Assembly: GCA_964599405.1 (NCBI GenBank)
Contig: CAZRED010000001.1
Span: forward strand, 11,528-75,527
Direction of reading: 5' to 3'
DNA length: 64,000 nucleotides
Origin: an uncultured Candidatus Saccharibacteria bacterium
GTDB taxonomy: Bacteria > Patescibacteriota > UBA1384 > 2-12-FULL-50-11
Positions 26,859-36,108 of the stretch are shown piece after piece. The stretch's first letter is position 1; every line of letters starts with the position of its first letter. A program made the position numbers and the translations under genes. Below the pieces are notes generated by a model. The model ran no database searches. It was not told where the DNA came from and saw only the letters and a program-made list of their open reading frames with translations.

Positions 26859-28223
26859 ATGCGGCCGGGAGGGTTCACCCTTATCTTGCTAGTAATTGGC
26901 TTATGTTTTTCTGCCTTATTTTCGGTGTTTCCAGCTCAAGCAAAAACCCGGGTTGAGGTAAATATTTTTTTCCCCGGCGCAGCTTGGAATACCAATCTTC
27001 TGAATAACTTCCAAGCTGACTTGGGAATTAAGTTCACCGCCGCCAAGTGGTATATGGACTGGGCCACCGCTTTTGATACCGGCGTGGCTAACCGTTTGAA
27101 CAATAACGGCTACATCCCAGAAATGACTTGGGAGCCGTCGCTAAATAGCAACGGCGTATCCTACGACGACGTTGTTAACGGCATTTACGATCCCTACATT
27201 ATTCAAACCGCCCAGACTGTGAAGAACCTGGGCTTCCCAATTCGGATTGCGTTGGCGCCGGAGATGAACGCTACCTGGACGCCGTGGGGAGGGCTGTCCG
27301 GTAATAATCCTGATAATTTCAAAGCTTTTTGGCAGCACACTGTCCAAATTTTTGACAACCAGGGCGCCAACAACATTACTTGGATTTGGTCGCCGAACGT
27401 CATTCCTTACGGCCCAGAGAGAGTGGGGTCGTACGGGGAAATGTACCCAGGTAATAGCTACGTCGATTACATGGGGCTGGATGGCTATAACTGGGGCACC
27501 AGCCAACCATGGTCGGTTTGGCAGAGCTTCCGGGAGGTATTTTTAGACTCGTATAACGAACTCCTTGGAGTTTCCTCCAAAGATATTTTAATCATGGAGA
27601 TGGCTTCAACGGAGCTGGGCGGCAGCAAGGCGGCCTGGATTACCGATATGTACAACGAACTCCAAAACAGCTTCCCGCGTATCAAGGGCTTCACCTGGTT
27701 TCATATTAATAAAGAAACCGACTGGCGAATTGATTCCAGTGCTAGCGCCAAAGCCAGCTTTGCCGCCGGCTACCACGGTACTGCCGTCGTAACTGCACCA
27801 CCACCAAACACCGCTCCAGCTGGTACCACCAAAACCACCCAACCCAAATCTAACGGCACCGCCCCGGTTGTCGCTACTAATGAGTTGGTCCCAGAAGTGA
27901 CAAATGAACCCCAGCCGAGTCCAGCAGACTACGCCGTGACAACGCCGATTCGGCCAAAAATTGCCGGAACAATTTTAGTGGCAGAGCGAACGTCGATGCG
28001 TTCGCCGGAAAAGCTTCGCCTGCTCGGCGGTATTCTACTTGGCGGCTTAATCGTCGGCGGGTTATTTATTCGTCGGATGCTGTTAATTCATAGTTACGCC
28101 GTCGAGCCTATCCAACCGACTTCGCCCGTTGTGGTTGCGTTGCCAAAGAAACCTGCCGCAAAAAAGATGGACGGCGTTGGAAAAACCAAACCAAAAAAGA
28201 AGAAAAACCAGACGACCAAGTAG
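26859..28223 (+). CDS. GH26 glycoside hydrolase with Pro/Thr linker and C-terminal membrane anchor
   Basis: TWEP, PEMN, WIWSPN, YPGNSYVDYMGLDGYNWG and KETDW motifs. Confidence 0.9.
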   Translation: MRPGGFTLILLVIGLCFSALFSVFPAQAKTRVEVNIFFPGAAWNTNLLNNFQADLGIKFTAAKWYMDWATAFDTGVANRLNNNGYIPEMTWEPSLNSNGVSYDDVVNGIYDPYIIQTAQTVKNLGFPIRIALAPEMNATWTPWGGLSGNNPDNFKAFWQHTVQIFDNQGANNITWIWSPNVIPYGPERVGSYGEMYPGNSYVDYMGLDGYNWGTSQPWSVWQSFREVFLDSYNELLGVSSKDILIMEMASTELGGSKAAWITDMYNELQNSFPRIKGFTWFHINKETDWRIDSSASAKASFAAGYHGTAVVTAPPPNTAPAGTTKTTQPKSNGTAPVVATNELVPEVTNEPQPSPADYAVTTPIRPKIAGTILVAERTSMRSPEKLRLLGGILLGGLIVGGLFIRRMLLIHSYAVEPIQPTSPVVVALPKKPAAKKMDGVGKTKPKKKKNQTTK

Positions 28224-29429
28224 CTACTCGTAGCGTAGCGCTCGAACCGGATGTTTGCGGGCGGCGCGGAAGGCGGGGAAAAGACCAAAAACAATTCCGG
28301 TTAATGCCCCCATGCCGATAGCTAGCATAATTGTTGAGTTAGTTAACGCTGGCACCAAAGGCGTGAATTTAGCAACAAGAATGGTCGTTCCCCAGGCCAA
28401 CCCCAACCCAATTAACGCACCAACAATCGTCAGCATGATTGATTCAATCAAAAACTGCAGCATGATCGCCCATTCGGTAGCCCCAACGGCCTTCCGAATA
28501 CCGATTTCCCGGGTGCGCTCGGTGACAGTTACTAACATAATATTGGAGATTCCAATACCGCCAACCAGCAGGGAAATAGCGGCAATGCCAACTACGGCGT
28601 ATTTCAATATGTCGGTAATTTGGGTCACGGAGCCAAGCAGGTCGCTAGATAGTAGAACTGTAAAGTCTGTCGTGCCATGTTTTTTTGTTAATAAGCCAGT
28701 AACTTCGATTTTGGCGGCCTCGACATTGTCGATGTCTTTAGCCTGAACCAGGATCCGACTAACTTGGTTGGATTGGTTGATCTCGCTAGCTAATGTTGCT
28801 GGAATAATTGCCATCTCACCGCTATCGCCAAAGTTCAGCCCGCCGTTTTCCGGCGCGGCGTAAATACCTGCAACGGTAAACTTTTCCGTTCCCAGTTCAA
28901 CTTCAGAACCAATCTCTACTCCTAGCTTTGTGGCGGACGCGGCAGTGATGAAAATCACTTTTTCATTGTCGGCAACGTCGGCTTCAGTCATCTCTCGTCC
29001 ACTTTGCAGATTTTTCAACCCCAGGTTTTCTGGTAGCCCCGGTGTCACGCCCATCGGCAAAACAGTAACTTTTTTATCGCCGTGGCGCAGAATACCGCCC
29101 AAAATCACGGCGTAATCAACCTGGTCTTCGATGGTGGTAGCGTTGGCTTTGAGGTAACCCACATCCTCCACAAAGATCGTTGATGGGGCGAATTGGGCAG
29201 TGAAATTCGGGGTTGAAGCGCCTTCCTCTGTTTCGCCCGGCAAAACAAATATCGCTCGCGGACCGAGGCCTTCGACTTGGTCGGCAATCTGTGCCTGGAT
29301 ACCCTGGGCCAGCGATAGCAGTGTGACAACGGCATAAATGCCAATGACCATACCCAGTAAGGTTAGAAAGCTGCGCATTTTATTAGACCACAAAGATTTT
29401 GAGGCGGTTTTGAAAGCTTCGTACCACAT
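28224..29429 (-). CDS. MacB/FtsX-like ABC transporter permease
   Basis: RSFLTLLGMVIG, GGIGISNIMLVTVTERTREIGIRKAVGA and ALRYE motifs. Confidence 0.95.
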   Translation of the reverse strand: MWYEAFKTASKSLWSNKMRSFLTLLGMVIGIYAVVTLLSLAQGIQAQIADQVEGLGPRAIFVLPGETEEGASTPNFTAQFAPSTIFVEDVGYLKANATTIEDQVDYAVILGGILRHGDKKVTVLPMGVTPGLPENLGLKNLQSGREMTEADVADNEKVIFITAASATKLGVEIGSEVELGTEKFTVAGIYAAPENGGLNFGDSGEMAIIPATLASEINQSNQVSRILVQAKDIDNVEAAKIEVTGLLTKKHGTTDFTVLLSSDLLGSVTQITDILKYAVVGIAAISLLVGGIGISNIMLVTVTERTREIGIRKAVGATEWAIMLQFLIESIMLTIVGALIGLGLAWGTTILVAKFTPLVPALTNSTIMLAIGMGALTGIVFGLFPAFRAARKHPVRALRYE

Positions 29430-30088
29430 TACTTGTCCCCCACAATTACGCCGTCACGCATTAAGATAGTCCGGCTGGCGTAGCTAAGCAGCTCGTTATT
29501 ATGTGTCACAAACAAAATAGTTTTGCCCTTTTGGTTGATACCTTTGAGGATTTCCATAATTTCCGTGCCGGTTTTAGTGTCCAAGTTGCCGGTCGGTTCA
29601 TCGGCCAAAATTACTTCTGGCTCGGCTACTAAGGCTCGGGCAATTGCCACGCGTTGCTGCTGGCCGCCGGAGAGTTGGTTGGGCGCTTGTTTAATTTTGT
29701 CGCTTAAACCCACTTCTCCGAGCATTTTCAAAACCCGTTCGTGCTTGCCACTGCCGCCACGATAGTTGAGTGGAAGCATGACGTTGTCAAAGGCGGATGT
29801 GCGCGGCAGCAGGTTGAACGATTGGAAAACAAAACCGAAATGCTGGTTACGCAATTTTGCGCGCTCTTTGCCGGAGGTTTCATTAACTTTTTTATCGTTC
29901 AGCAAATATTCACCACTGTCTGGCACGTCCAGCAATCCTAAAATGTTGAGAAGCGTAGATTTACCGCAGCCGCTCGGACCCATAATCGCTACAAACTCGC
30001 CATCGGCAATTTTTAAATTAATGTCTTTGAGGGCGGTGGTTTCTTCACCATCAGTATAGACCCGGGAAATGTTTTTCAGCTCCAGCAT
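29429..30088 (-). CDS. LolD/MacB-type ABC ATP-binding protein
   Basis: [24 protein letters not shown] and ADEPTGNLD motifs. Confidence 0.96.
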   Translation of the reverse strand: MLELKNISRVYTDGEETTALKDINLKIADGEFVAIMGPSGCGKSTLLNILGLLDVPDSGEYLLNDKKVNETSGKERAKLRNQHFGFVFQSFNLLPRTSAFDNVMLPLNYRGGSGKHERVLKMLGEVGLSDKIKQAPNQLSGGQQQRVAIARALVAEPEVILADEPTGNLDTKTGTEIMEILKGINQKGKTILFVTHNNELLSYASRTILMRDGVIVGDK

Positions 30089-30230
30089 ATCTAACTAATA
30101 CTACTAGATTGCCATAGTACCTTCTAGGCACTTGATTGCGAGTATTTTCAGAAATACGAGCAACAAGGCACGAGATAATATGCTGCTCGTGCCTTGACTT
30201 TTACAGGTTTATGTGCTAGCATTCCGACAT

Positions 30231-30613
30231 GGGCCTGACTGGCTTCGACGAGAACATTTACAACCAAATTGGCAAGCGGAAGTGGCCGGCCTTAGAGCCA
30301 CACCCAAATACGTGCAAACGCATTTGAAAAAGCAAAAGCTGGTATCGCTAACTTGTTTAGCGCGCCTACCTTTGCGCCAGCAGTAGCTTAAACACTCACT
30401 GCCGTTTTACTTGATGATTCTACTAATCGGGTAAAGCGCCATATTCGTAGATTGGCCGAGCTGTCCGTGATGCAGTTCGTGCTGAAAATACTTCACTGCT
30501 GTCGTTGGTATTCTGACTGTCTCAAGCCAACGATTTAAGATTTAGACAATCTATGCTTGTAGAAGATTTGGTTAGTAGGTTTTCGGACCCGAGTTCAATT
30601 CTCGGCAGGTCCA
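30231..30613 (+). ncRNA. ssrA: tmRNA; tag ORF 30314-30391 encodes ANAFEKAKAGIANLFSAPTFAPAVA*
   Basis: 5' GGGCCTGACTGGCTTCGAC; 3' GGACCCGAGTTCAATTCTCGGCAGGTCCA; G3-U70 pair in the acceptor stem; Ala-ending tag; smpB in the same window. Confidence 0.93.
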
Positions 30614-30719
30614 CTTCTCGACTCGTTACACTCGCTCGAAGTAAACCACTTCGGACTCAAGCGGATGACGAATCGACAACTAACTAACAGCACGAGAAAC
30701 CCCGAGCAACGTCGAGGGG
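30612..30719. repeat. Two palindromic repeat copies between tmRNA and the GIY-YIG gene
   Basis: CACTTCTCGACT..CGCTCGAAGTAAACC at 30612-30647 and CCCCGAGCAACGTCGAGGGG at 30700-30719. Confidence 0.75.
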
Positions 30720-30739
30720 CTCTTGCTGTATGATTTTTT

Positions 30740-30997
30740 ATGATGCCCTGGTTTCTATATATAGCTAAAACTCGAACGAAAAAGTTTTATACAGGGATAA
30801 CAATTGACCCACAAAAAAGAATGCGTGATCACAATGCAGGCAGGGGTGCAATGATGGCAATCGAACACGGCCCATTTGAGTTGGTTTACGTTTCTCCTCC
30901 GTTCCCCAATAAATCACTTGCCAGAAAAAGGGAAATTCAAGTTAAAGACTGGTCTCAAGCCAAAAAACTCAAACTAATTTCCGGTGAGATAAAGTAG
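30740..30997 (+). CDS. Stand-alone GIY-YIG nuclease (UPF0213-like)
   Basis: FLYI...FYTGIT...R...HN.G.GA...REIQVK.W...KK motif order. Confidence 0.9.
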   Translation: MMPWFLYIAKTRTKKFYTGITIDPQKRMRDHNAGRGAMMAIEHGPFELVYVSPPFPNKSLARKREIQVKDWSQAKKLKLISGEIK

Positions 30998-31053
30998 GAA
31001 AGGTGGTTTTTTCTTTTGCTCGACAATTCTTGGTCAATAGTTAGGATGAAACT

Positions 31054-31338
31054 ATGAGCCACGAGCTAAAAGCCGGCATTTACCGGCACTACACCGGATT
31101 GATGGTAATAGTCCTGGGTGTAGCTCGGCACAGCGAAACGGAAGAAAAGTTTGTTTGTTATATTCCCCTTGGGCCAAAAGCCGGGCCGCGAATCACGATT
31201 CGGCCATATGAAATGTTTTTTGAAAAAGTTACGAAGGACGGCAAAGAGATCCCCCGTTTTGAATTTATTGATTACGAAATGCCTAAAGATTTAGCCGAAA
31301 GCTACAAAGATATGAAAAACTGGGGTCAACCGGGCTAA
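31054..31338 (+). CDS. DUF1653 family protein
   Basis: GIYRHYTG, ARHSETEE, RPYEMF and PRF motifs. Confidence 0.85.
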   Translation: MSHELKAGIYRHYTGLMVIVLGVARHSETEEKFVCYIPLGPKAGPRITIRPYEMFFEKVTKDGKEIPRFEFIDYEMPKDLAESYKDMKNWGQPG

Positions 31339-31344
31339 AAACAA

Positions 31345-31369
31345 GCCCCGACCTAGTAAAGGTCGGGGC
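31345..31369. terminator. Hairpin between convergent genes
   Basis: GCCCCGACCT/AGGTCGGGGC stem. Confidence 0.65.
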
Positions 31370-31375
31370 GGGGAG

Positions 31376-31828
31376 TCATGAACAGAGCCTAATCGCGCCT
31401 CCAGGTGGGGGCGGAAGCTCTACTTGATTGAGTAGCGAGTCTGCAAGGACCGCGCAAAAAGAACGAAGAACCAAGAGTCTCTGTTCATCAATCCGTTCTC
31501 CCGCGATCAGGTTGATTAAGTCCGCAACCACTCCTTTTAGGAGTTCAGCACATCCGGTAGAGAGGTTGGCTTTTTCAAGATCGTCGGTTAACCCCTGACA
31601 GGCCGTTGCGATTGAGCACATGGTTTCATTTGGGAATTCTAACCAATACGAACTTTCCATACTCTCAATTGAGTATTTTAGTACCTCAACGAACTCGGAA
31701 AGCCCCGTTCCCTGTATCGCCTCTGGCCCTTTTAACCTTGCTGCATCAAGAGCCCCCGACGCACGGATAGCAATTCCCGTAAGCGTTAGCGGCTCAAGTG
31801 AGAATCGGTCAGCTGTGAACTTTTCCAT
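31376..31828 (-). CDS. Hypothetical protein (orphan)
   Basis: 150-aa ATG-started ORF ending at the hairpin. Confidence 0.55.
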   Translation of the reverse strand: MEKFTADRFSLEPLTLTGIAIRASGALDAARLKGPEAIQGTGLSEFVEVLKYSIESMESSYWLEFPNETMCSIATACQGLTDDLEKANLSTGCAELLKGVVADLINLIAGERIDEQRLLVLRSFCAVLADSLLNQVELPPPPGGAIRLCS

Positions 31829-31901
31829 TATGTTAACCTGCTTGTCTAATTCTTATATATATTTTGGGAGCTCTATTGTCTACAGTACTGAAGTAAGTTC
31901 A

Positions 31902-32642
31902 ATGAAAAATCCAAACTTCTCTAAATTACTAGGACGATTTGAGGGAGACTATCAGTTCAAAAAGTTCATTACCCGCTACGACCTTTCGTGGGATATGTTT
32001 GTGTATGAAATCGAAACAAATCATGGCCGCTGCGCGATTTTCGAGATCGACTTTATAAGCAACTTTAGCGAAGTAAAAAAAGAAATTAAACGAACGGGTA
32101 GTTTTTCTCAATTTATAGAAGTAAAGAAACCCCTAGAGTTCAGACAGGCTATTCCTGTGCGTAAAGCCGTTAAATACACTAAGCCGAGAGTTTGGGAGAA
32201 GATTAGGCTATACGCAAACGAAAAATATGGCTCGTATGATATTTACTTTAATTTTCTCGTGAATGGTTTCAAAGTAAAAAAGAAAATAGAATACGACGAA
32301 TACCATCCGATTTATTACCGGGCAGAGACTTGGAACTACATCCTTCAAAAATTGGGTGGAGATGCAGCGAAAAATTACAATAACAACAAGCCTGGGAAAA
32401 TTGCATTTACAGCTGGTTTGCTTAAAGAACCTGGCTTGCTTCAAGATACTGTTATCGACCTGGATGATGGTGTTGACTACCTGATCGATAAGAGGGTGGC
32501 TAATGAATTAGCGAGTGGAGGGAGATTGATTACTTTGACCCGGCTTTTCGATAAAAAGCAAAAAGAATTTTCTTCCAAAAAAATAATAAACGCTATCAAG
32601 AATGGACCGACGTTTGACCAGATAACGATAAAGCAAGTGTGA
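31902..32642 (+). CDS. Hypothetical protein, AT-rich
   Basis: Start trimmed to MKNPNF; Lys/Phe/Tyr-rich; visibly lower GC than its neighbours. Confidence 0.6.
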   Translation: MKNPNFSKLLGRFEGDYQFKKFITRYDLSWDMFVYEIETNHGRCAIFEIDFISNFSEVKKEIKRTGSFSQFIEVKKPLEFRQAIPVRKAVKYTKPRVWEKIRLYANEKYGSYDIYFNFLVNGFKVKKKIEYDEYHPIYYRAETWNYILQKLGGDAAKNYNNNKPGKIAFTAGLLKEPGLLQDTVIDLDDGVDYLIDKRVANELASGGRLITLTRLFDKKQKEFSSKKIINAIKNGPTFDQITIKQV

Positions 32643-32689
32643 AATCATACCTGCACCCCTAAATCAGAAGGTATTTAAAAGGGAGCGCT

Positions 32690-32887
32690 TTACACGCTCC
32701 CAATGACCATGTTCAACACTTCTGCGGTTATTCTTTGTGATTCCTCTAGCATCTCAAGGCTTTGCTTAAGTTGAGTACTGCGTCCGCTCTTCTTCCATTG
32801 CTCAATCATTTCTTCAGCGGTCGTGATCTCAAAAAGTATGCCCTCACAAGGATCAGCTTTCTTTGGTTGTTTTTCTTTCTTTGGCAT
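32690..32887 (-). CDS. Small hypothetical protein
   Basis: MPKKEKQ... preceded by GGAG; 65 aa. Confidence 0.5.
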   Translation of the reverse strand: MPKKEKQPKKADPCEGILFEITTAEEMIEQWKKSGRSTQLKQSLEMLEESQRITAEVLNMVIGSV

Positions 32888-33017
32888 GTGCGCATCTCCA
32901 AGGGATGTTGGCATGATTATTGCTCTTTTCGGATTGATTTTCCAGACATCGCAGGTATCATGAGCGAAGCAATCCACCCCCTGGGAGTGGCTGCACATTC
33001 CCAGTTTGGAGAAATCT

Positions 33018-33632
33018 ATGAACGAAGCAGAAGTACTTACAATTTTCAATGAAGTTGGGACGATTATCACCGGCCACTACATCTTCACTTCTGGAATGCA
33101 CGGCAAGACCTACGTTAACAAAGACGCGATCTACCCGTACACGGCTAAAGTTTCGCGACTCTGCTTGAGCTTGGCTGGGGAGTTCACGAGTAGTAAGGTC
33201 GACACTATCGTCGCTCCGGCCATTGGTGCCATTGTTCTGTCGCAGTGGACAGCTCACCACTTAAGCGGCTTAATCGGCCGGGAAATACTAGCAGCCTACG
33301 CCGAGAAGGATGAAGACGGCTTTATGGCCATTAATCGCGGTTACGATAAGCTCGTCACCGGCAAAAACGTCCTGGTAGTGGAGGATGTCCTCAACACCGG
33401 CGGCTCGGCAAGGAGAGTGGTTGAAGCGGTTCGAGCGATTGGTGGTAATGTGGTTGGCGTCGGCGCGCTCTGCAATCGCGGCGGAGTGACTGTAGAAATG
33501 ATTGGAGACGTTCCAAAACTTATCAGTCTCACTAACCTAAACTTTGAAAAGTGGGAAAGAGACGACTGCCCGCTCTGCAAACAAAACATCCCAATTAACG
33601 AATACTTCGGAAAAGGCTGCAAGTTTGCGTAA
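33018..33632 (+). CDS. pyrE: Orotate phosphoribosyltransferase
   Basis: GHYIFTSGMHG motif and PRPP loop VVEDVLNTGGS. Confidence 0.9.
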   Translation: MNEAEVLTIFNEVGTIITGHYIFTSGMHGKTYVNKDAIYPYTAKVSRLCLSLAGEFTSSKVDTIVAPAIGAIVLSQWTAHHLSGLIGREILAAYAEKDEDGFMAINRGYDKLVTGKNVLVVEDVLNTGGSARRVVEAVRAIGGNVVGVGALCNRGGVTVEMIGDVPKLISLTNLNFEKWERDDCPLCKQNIPINEYFGKGCKFA

Positions 33633-33670
33633 TGTCAGCAACAGCAAGCACTCTGAGGTTAGTTTCTATC

Positions 33671-33743
33671 GGCCGTCATCGCAAGATGACGGCCTTTTTT
33701 CTTTTGCCTAAAAAATGCCCCGCCGGTTGGAAAGCGGCGGGGC
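33671..33743. terminator. Back-to-back terminators between pyrE and the convergent gene
   Basis: GGCCGTCATC-GCAA-GATGACGGCC followed by T6; second stem GCCCCGCCG/CGGCGGGGC. Confidence 0.7.
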
Positions 33744-33779
33744 TATTCGTTAGACTAGTACGTTGCGGTAGTAAAAGTG

Positions 33780-34379
33780 CTATGCCTGGGGCGGGGTGGG
33801 TGGGTCGCTCTTGCGGCCGTGCTGCAAATCTATCACCCGACGACGGGTGTCGTAGAGCATGATCAGAATTAAAATCAGTAAGAAAAAAGACGGGATGACA
33901 AAATAAGTTAGTAAGGCGCTAGTTTCGCCACTGGTACCGGAGAAGAATTCAAAGACGCCCCGGTCAGTATCGTCGGTAGTAACTGGCGTGGTTTTGGTTG
34001 GGTCAGTACTGTTAGTTGCTTGATCGGCATCCGTAGCCGTTGTACTAGCCGTCCCATCGGCTGAACTGGTACCGCCGCCGGTTGAGGTGGTGCCGCTACC
34101 AGAGCCACTCGTGCCGCCGCTTTCAGTGGTTCCCTCACCGGTCGAGGTAGTGCCGCCGCTTTCAGTTTCGGGAGTAACGTCAGGGTCGGGTGTTGGTTCG
34201 GGGTCAGGAGTTGGATCGGGAGTTGGCTCGGGCTCTTCGGTAGGTGGCGGTTCACTCTGGGAGGCCGCAAAGAAGTATTGGCGCATTCCGATAGCACCGT
34301 AAAGCAAGGCAATAACGACGATAATTGATAGAACAACGGCGGTAGCACGGCCAGATTGGACAAGTGGCTTGTTCAGCAT
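33780..34379 (-). CDS. Membrane protein with a Pro/Thr/Ser/Gly low-complexity loop
   Basis: Two TM helices flanking PEPTPDP and GGTTS repeats. Confidence 0.7.
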   Translation of the reverse strand: MLNKPLVQSGRATAVVLSIIVVIALLYGAIGMRQYFFAASQSEPPPTEEPEPTPDPTPDPEPTPDPDVTPETESGGTTSTGEGTTESGGTSGSGSGTTSTGGGTSSADGTASTTATDADQATNSTDPTKTTPVTTDDTDRGVFEFFSGTSGETSALLTYFVIPSFFLLILILIMLYDTRRRVIDLQHGRKSDPPTPPQA

Positions 34380-34416
34380 CTATTAACACTCTGCGCTGGA
34401 TGTTTTTCGTCGTCAA

Positions 34417-34460
34417 CCCTTCGACAGTGCTCAGGTTGACCTTGAGCTTGTCGAAAGGTC
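34417..34460. repeat. Inverted pair of palindromic repeat copies
   Basis: CCCTTCGACAGTGCTCAGG followed by GACCTTGAGCTTGTCGAAAGGTC. Confidence 0.75.
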
Positions 34461-34497
34461 AAGTTTTAATCAAGCGTTAGCATTAGCGCTTCTCATC

Positions 34498-34526
34498 TTG
34501 ACTCGGTGTAAAGCTTGCTTTACATT
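34498..34526 (+). promoter_or_regulatory. Promoter containing the inverted repeat TGTAAAG-N4-CTTTACA (putative operator)
   Basis: TTGACT-17nt-TACATT; repeat at 34507-34524 overlaps the -10 box; ATG 8 nt further on. Confidence 0.65.
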
Positions 34527-34534
34527 ACTGTCAA

Positions 34535-35239
34535 ATGACTAAGATCCGATTACTGCTTCGCGAGCTGCGCCAAGCCAACGAATTAAGCCAAGAAGAACTG
34601 GCCCAGGCGCTACAAGTATCGCGTCAATCGATTATTTCGCTGGAACACGGTGAGTATCTGCCAAGTACACCGGTATTGCTGGCAATGATGGACTTTTTTG
34701 GCTGTCCCGTTGACCAGCTTTTCACTGGCTACGAGTTCAAAATTCGCCAAATAACTAACGATCAACCGGAGGAAGGGGTTGAGCAGACAATGCAACAAAC
34801 ACCAACCAATAATCCATTCAGCCAATTGGACCACCTGCATGAAGAAATGAACGACATGGTGGAAAAGACGTTCGGCCGCGGCGATTGGTCGCGCTCACTG
34901 GGCAATGTGGCAGGAGCAATGAACATCCATGAGACAGCCAAAGACTACGAAGTTCAGTTTCAGGTGCCTGGCTACGCTGATGAGGAACTAAATATTGAGA
35001 TCTCTGATAATACCCTGACCGTAACGGGGGCCAAAAAAGCCGCCGAAGAAGAAAAAAGCAAAAACCTGGTTCGCCGAGAGTGGCAACACAGTGAGTTTTC
35101 CCGATCCGTTCGCTTTGCCGCGCCAATCAAAGAAGACAAAGTGGAGGCCAAGCTGGAACACGGGACGTTGACGATTACCGCGCCAAAAGTAGAGCCGGTC
35201 AAACCAAAAATTAAGAAGATTTCAGTGAAAAAGAAGTAA
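34535..35239 (+). CDS. XRE-family HTH fused to an Hsp20/alpha-crystallin domain
   Basis: LSQEELAQALQVSRQSIISLEHGEYLPS; then VPG...LTVTG...FSRSVRF...AKLEHGTLTITAPK and a C-terminal I-x-V motif. Confidence 0.9.
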   Translation: MTKIRLLLRELRQANELSQEELAQALQVSRQSIISLEHGEYLPSTPVLLAMMDFFGCPVDQLFTGYEFKIRQITNDQPEEGVEQTMQQTPTNNPFSQLDHLHEEMNDMVEKTFGRGDWSRSLGNVAGAMNIHETAKDYEVQFQVPGYADEELNIEISDNTLTVTGAKKAAEEEKSKNLVRREWQHSEFSRSVRFAAPIKEDKVEAKLEHGTLTITAPKVEPVKPKIKKISVKKK

Positions 35240-35245
35240 TAACTT

Positions 35246-35539
35246 CTATTTTGGAGCGTCTTCTTCGAACTGTTTTTTGTAGGCGTCAGGGTCGGTGATG
35301 TTGCCGATGCCAGGGATGAAGTTGGATTCAAATTGGTAGGTGGTTTGGCCGTTTTTAAGGGCTTCCTGGATGGCGATGTTGCGCTGGGTGTTACTGGAAA
35401 TTGGAAGTGGCACCCCTGTTTCACTGGAGCTGAAATGGGCGGAAGCAAAATTAAAACCACCCAGTAGGGCGATTAGCGCCCCAAGGGCAAAAACCGCTTC
35501 GGGTAAATTACTGCGAGATTTCGATTTTGGTGATTTCAT
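35246..35539 (-). CDS. Small membrane-anchored hypothetical protein
   Basis: Basic N-terminus and TM helix; start taken at MKSPK. Confidence 0.5.
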   Translation of the reverse strand: MKSPKSKSRSNLPEAVFALGALIALLGGFNFASAHFSSSETGVPLPISSNTQRNIAIQEALKNGQTTYQFESNFIPGIGNITDPDAYKKQFEEDAPK

Positions 35540-36107
35540 CGCCGACACGAATGGATTGTACCACGTCCACGCCAACAGTTACTTTGCCAAAAATGGTGTA
35601 ACTTTTCGGCAAAGAATCGTTGTCGCCCAACATAATAAAGAACTGGCTGGAGTTAGTGTTGGGACCACGGTTGGCCATTGCCAAGACACCCGTTTTGTAC
35701 CCAGCTTGGTAAGAGGCGGTGTCAGCGTTGAGTTCGTCTTCGAACTCCGGCCCGTATATAGATTCACCACCAGTGCCGTTGCCGCTTGGGTCGCCGCCCT
35801 GAATTACAAACCCGGGCTCCACACGGTGAAATGTCAGGCAGTCGTAAAATCCGTTCTTGGCTAGGGTGGCAAAGTTAGTAACGGTTTTCGGTGCATCGTT
35901 TGGATAAAGCTCTAATTCGATATCGCCCTTGGGTGTTTTTATTACGGCTTTGGTCGCGGAAACTGGTTCATACTTCATGGGTGGGACCTCCTTATTGGGG
36001 TTAGGTTGGCAAGTGATGGCAGTGCTAGACGTATCGCTTCCAGGAGTAAAAATAAATATTCCGGCGATGACGGCCACAACAACAATAATACCAAACCAAT
36101 TTTTCAT
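35508..36107 (-). CDS. Cyclophilin-type peptidyl-prolyl isomerase with N-terminal anchor
   Basis: [32 protein letters not shown] and YTIFGKV motifs. Confidence 0.95.
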   Translation of the reverse strand: MKNWFGIIVVVAVIAGIFIFTPGSDTSSTAITCQPNPNKEVPPMKYEPVSATKAVIKTPKGDIELELYPNDAPKTVTNFATLAKNGFYDCLTFHRVEPGFVIQGGDPSGNGTGGESIYGPEFEDELNADTASYQAGYKTGVLAMANRGPNTNSSQFFIMLGDNDSLPKSYTIFGKVTVGVDVVQSIRVGDEITKIEISQ

Positions 36108-36108
36108 G

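Noticed and set aside
26859-26900. Prepilin-like GFTL at the GH26 N-terminus
   Set aside because: No Glu+5, and it reads as an ordinary signal peptide ending AQA.
31620-31901. Long 5' extension of ORF 31620-32642
   Set aside because: It overlaps the opposite-strand ORF and the intergenic AT tract; start placed at 31902.
34468-34495. CIRCE element before the Hsp20 fusion
   Set aside because: TTAGCA is present but the TTAGCACTC-N9-GAGTGCTAA inverted repeat is not.
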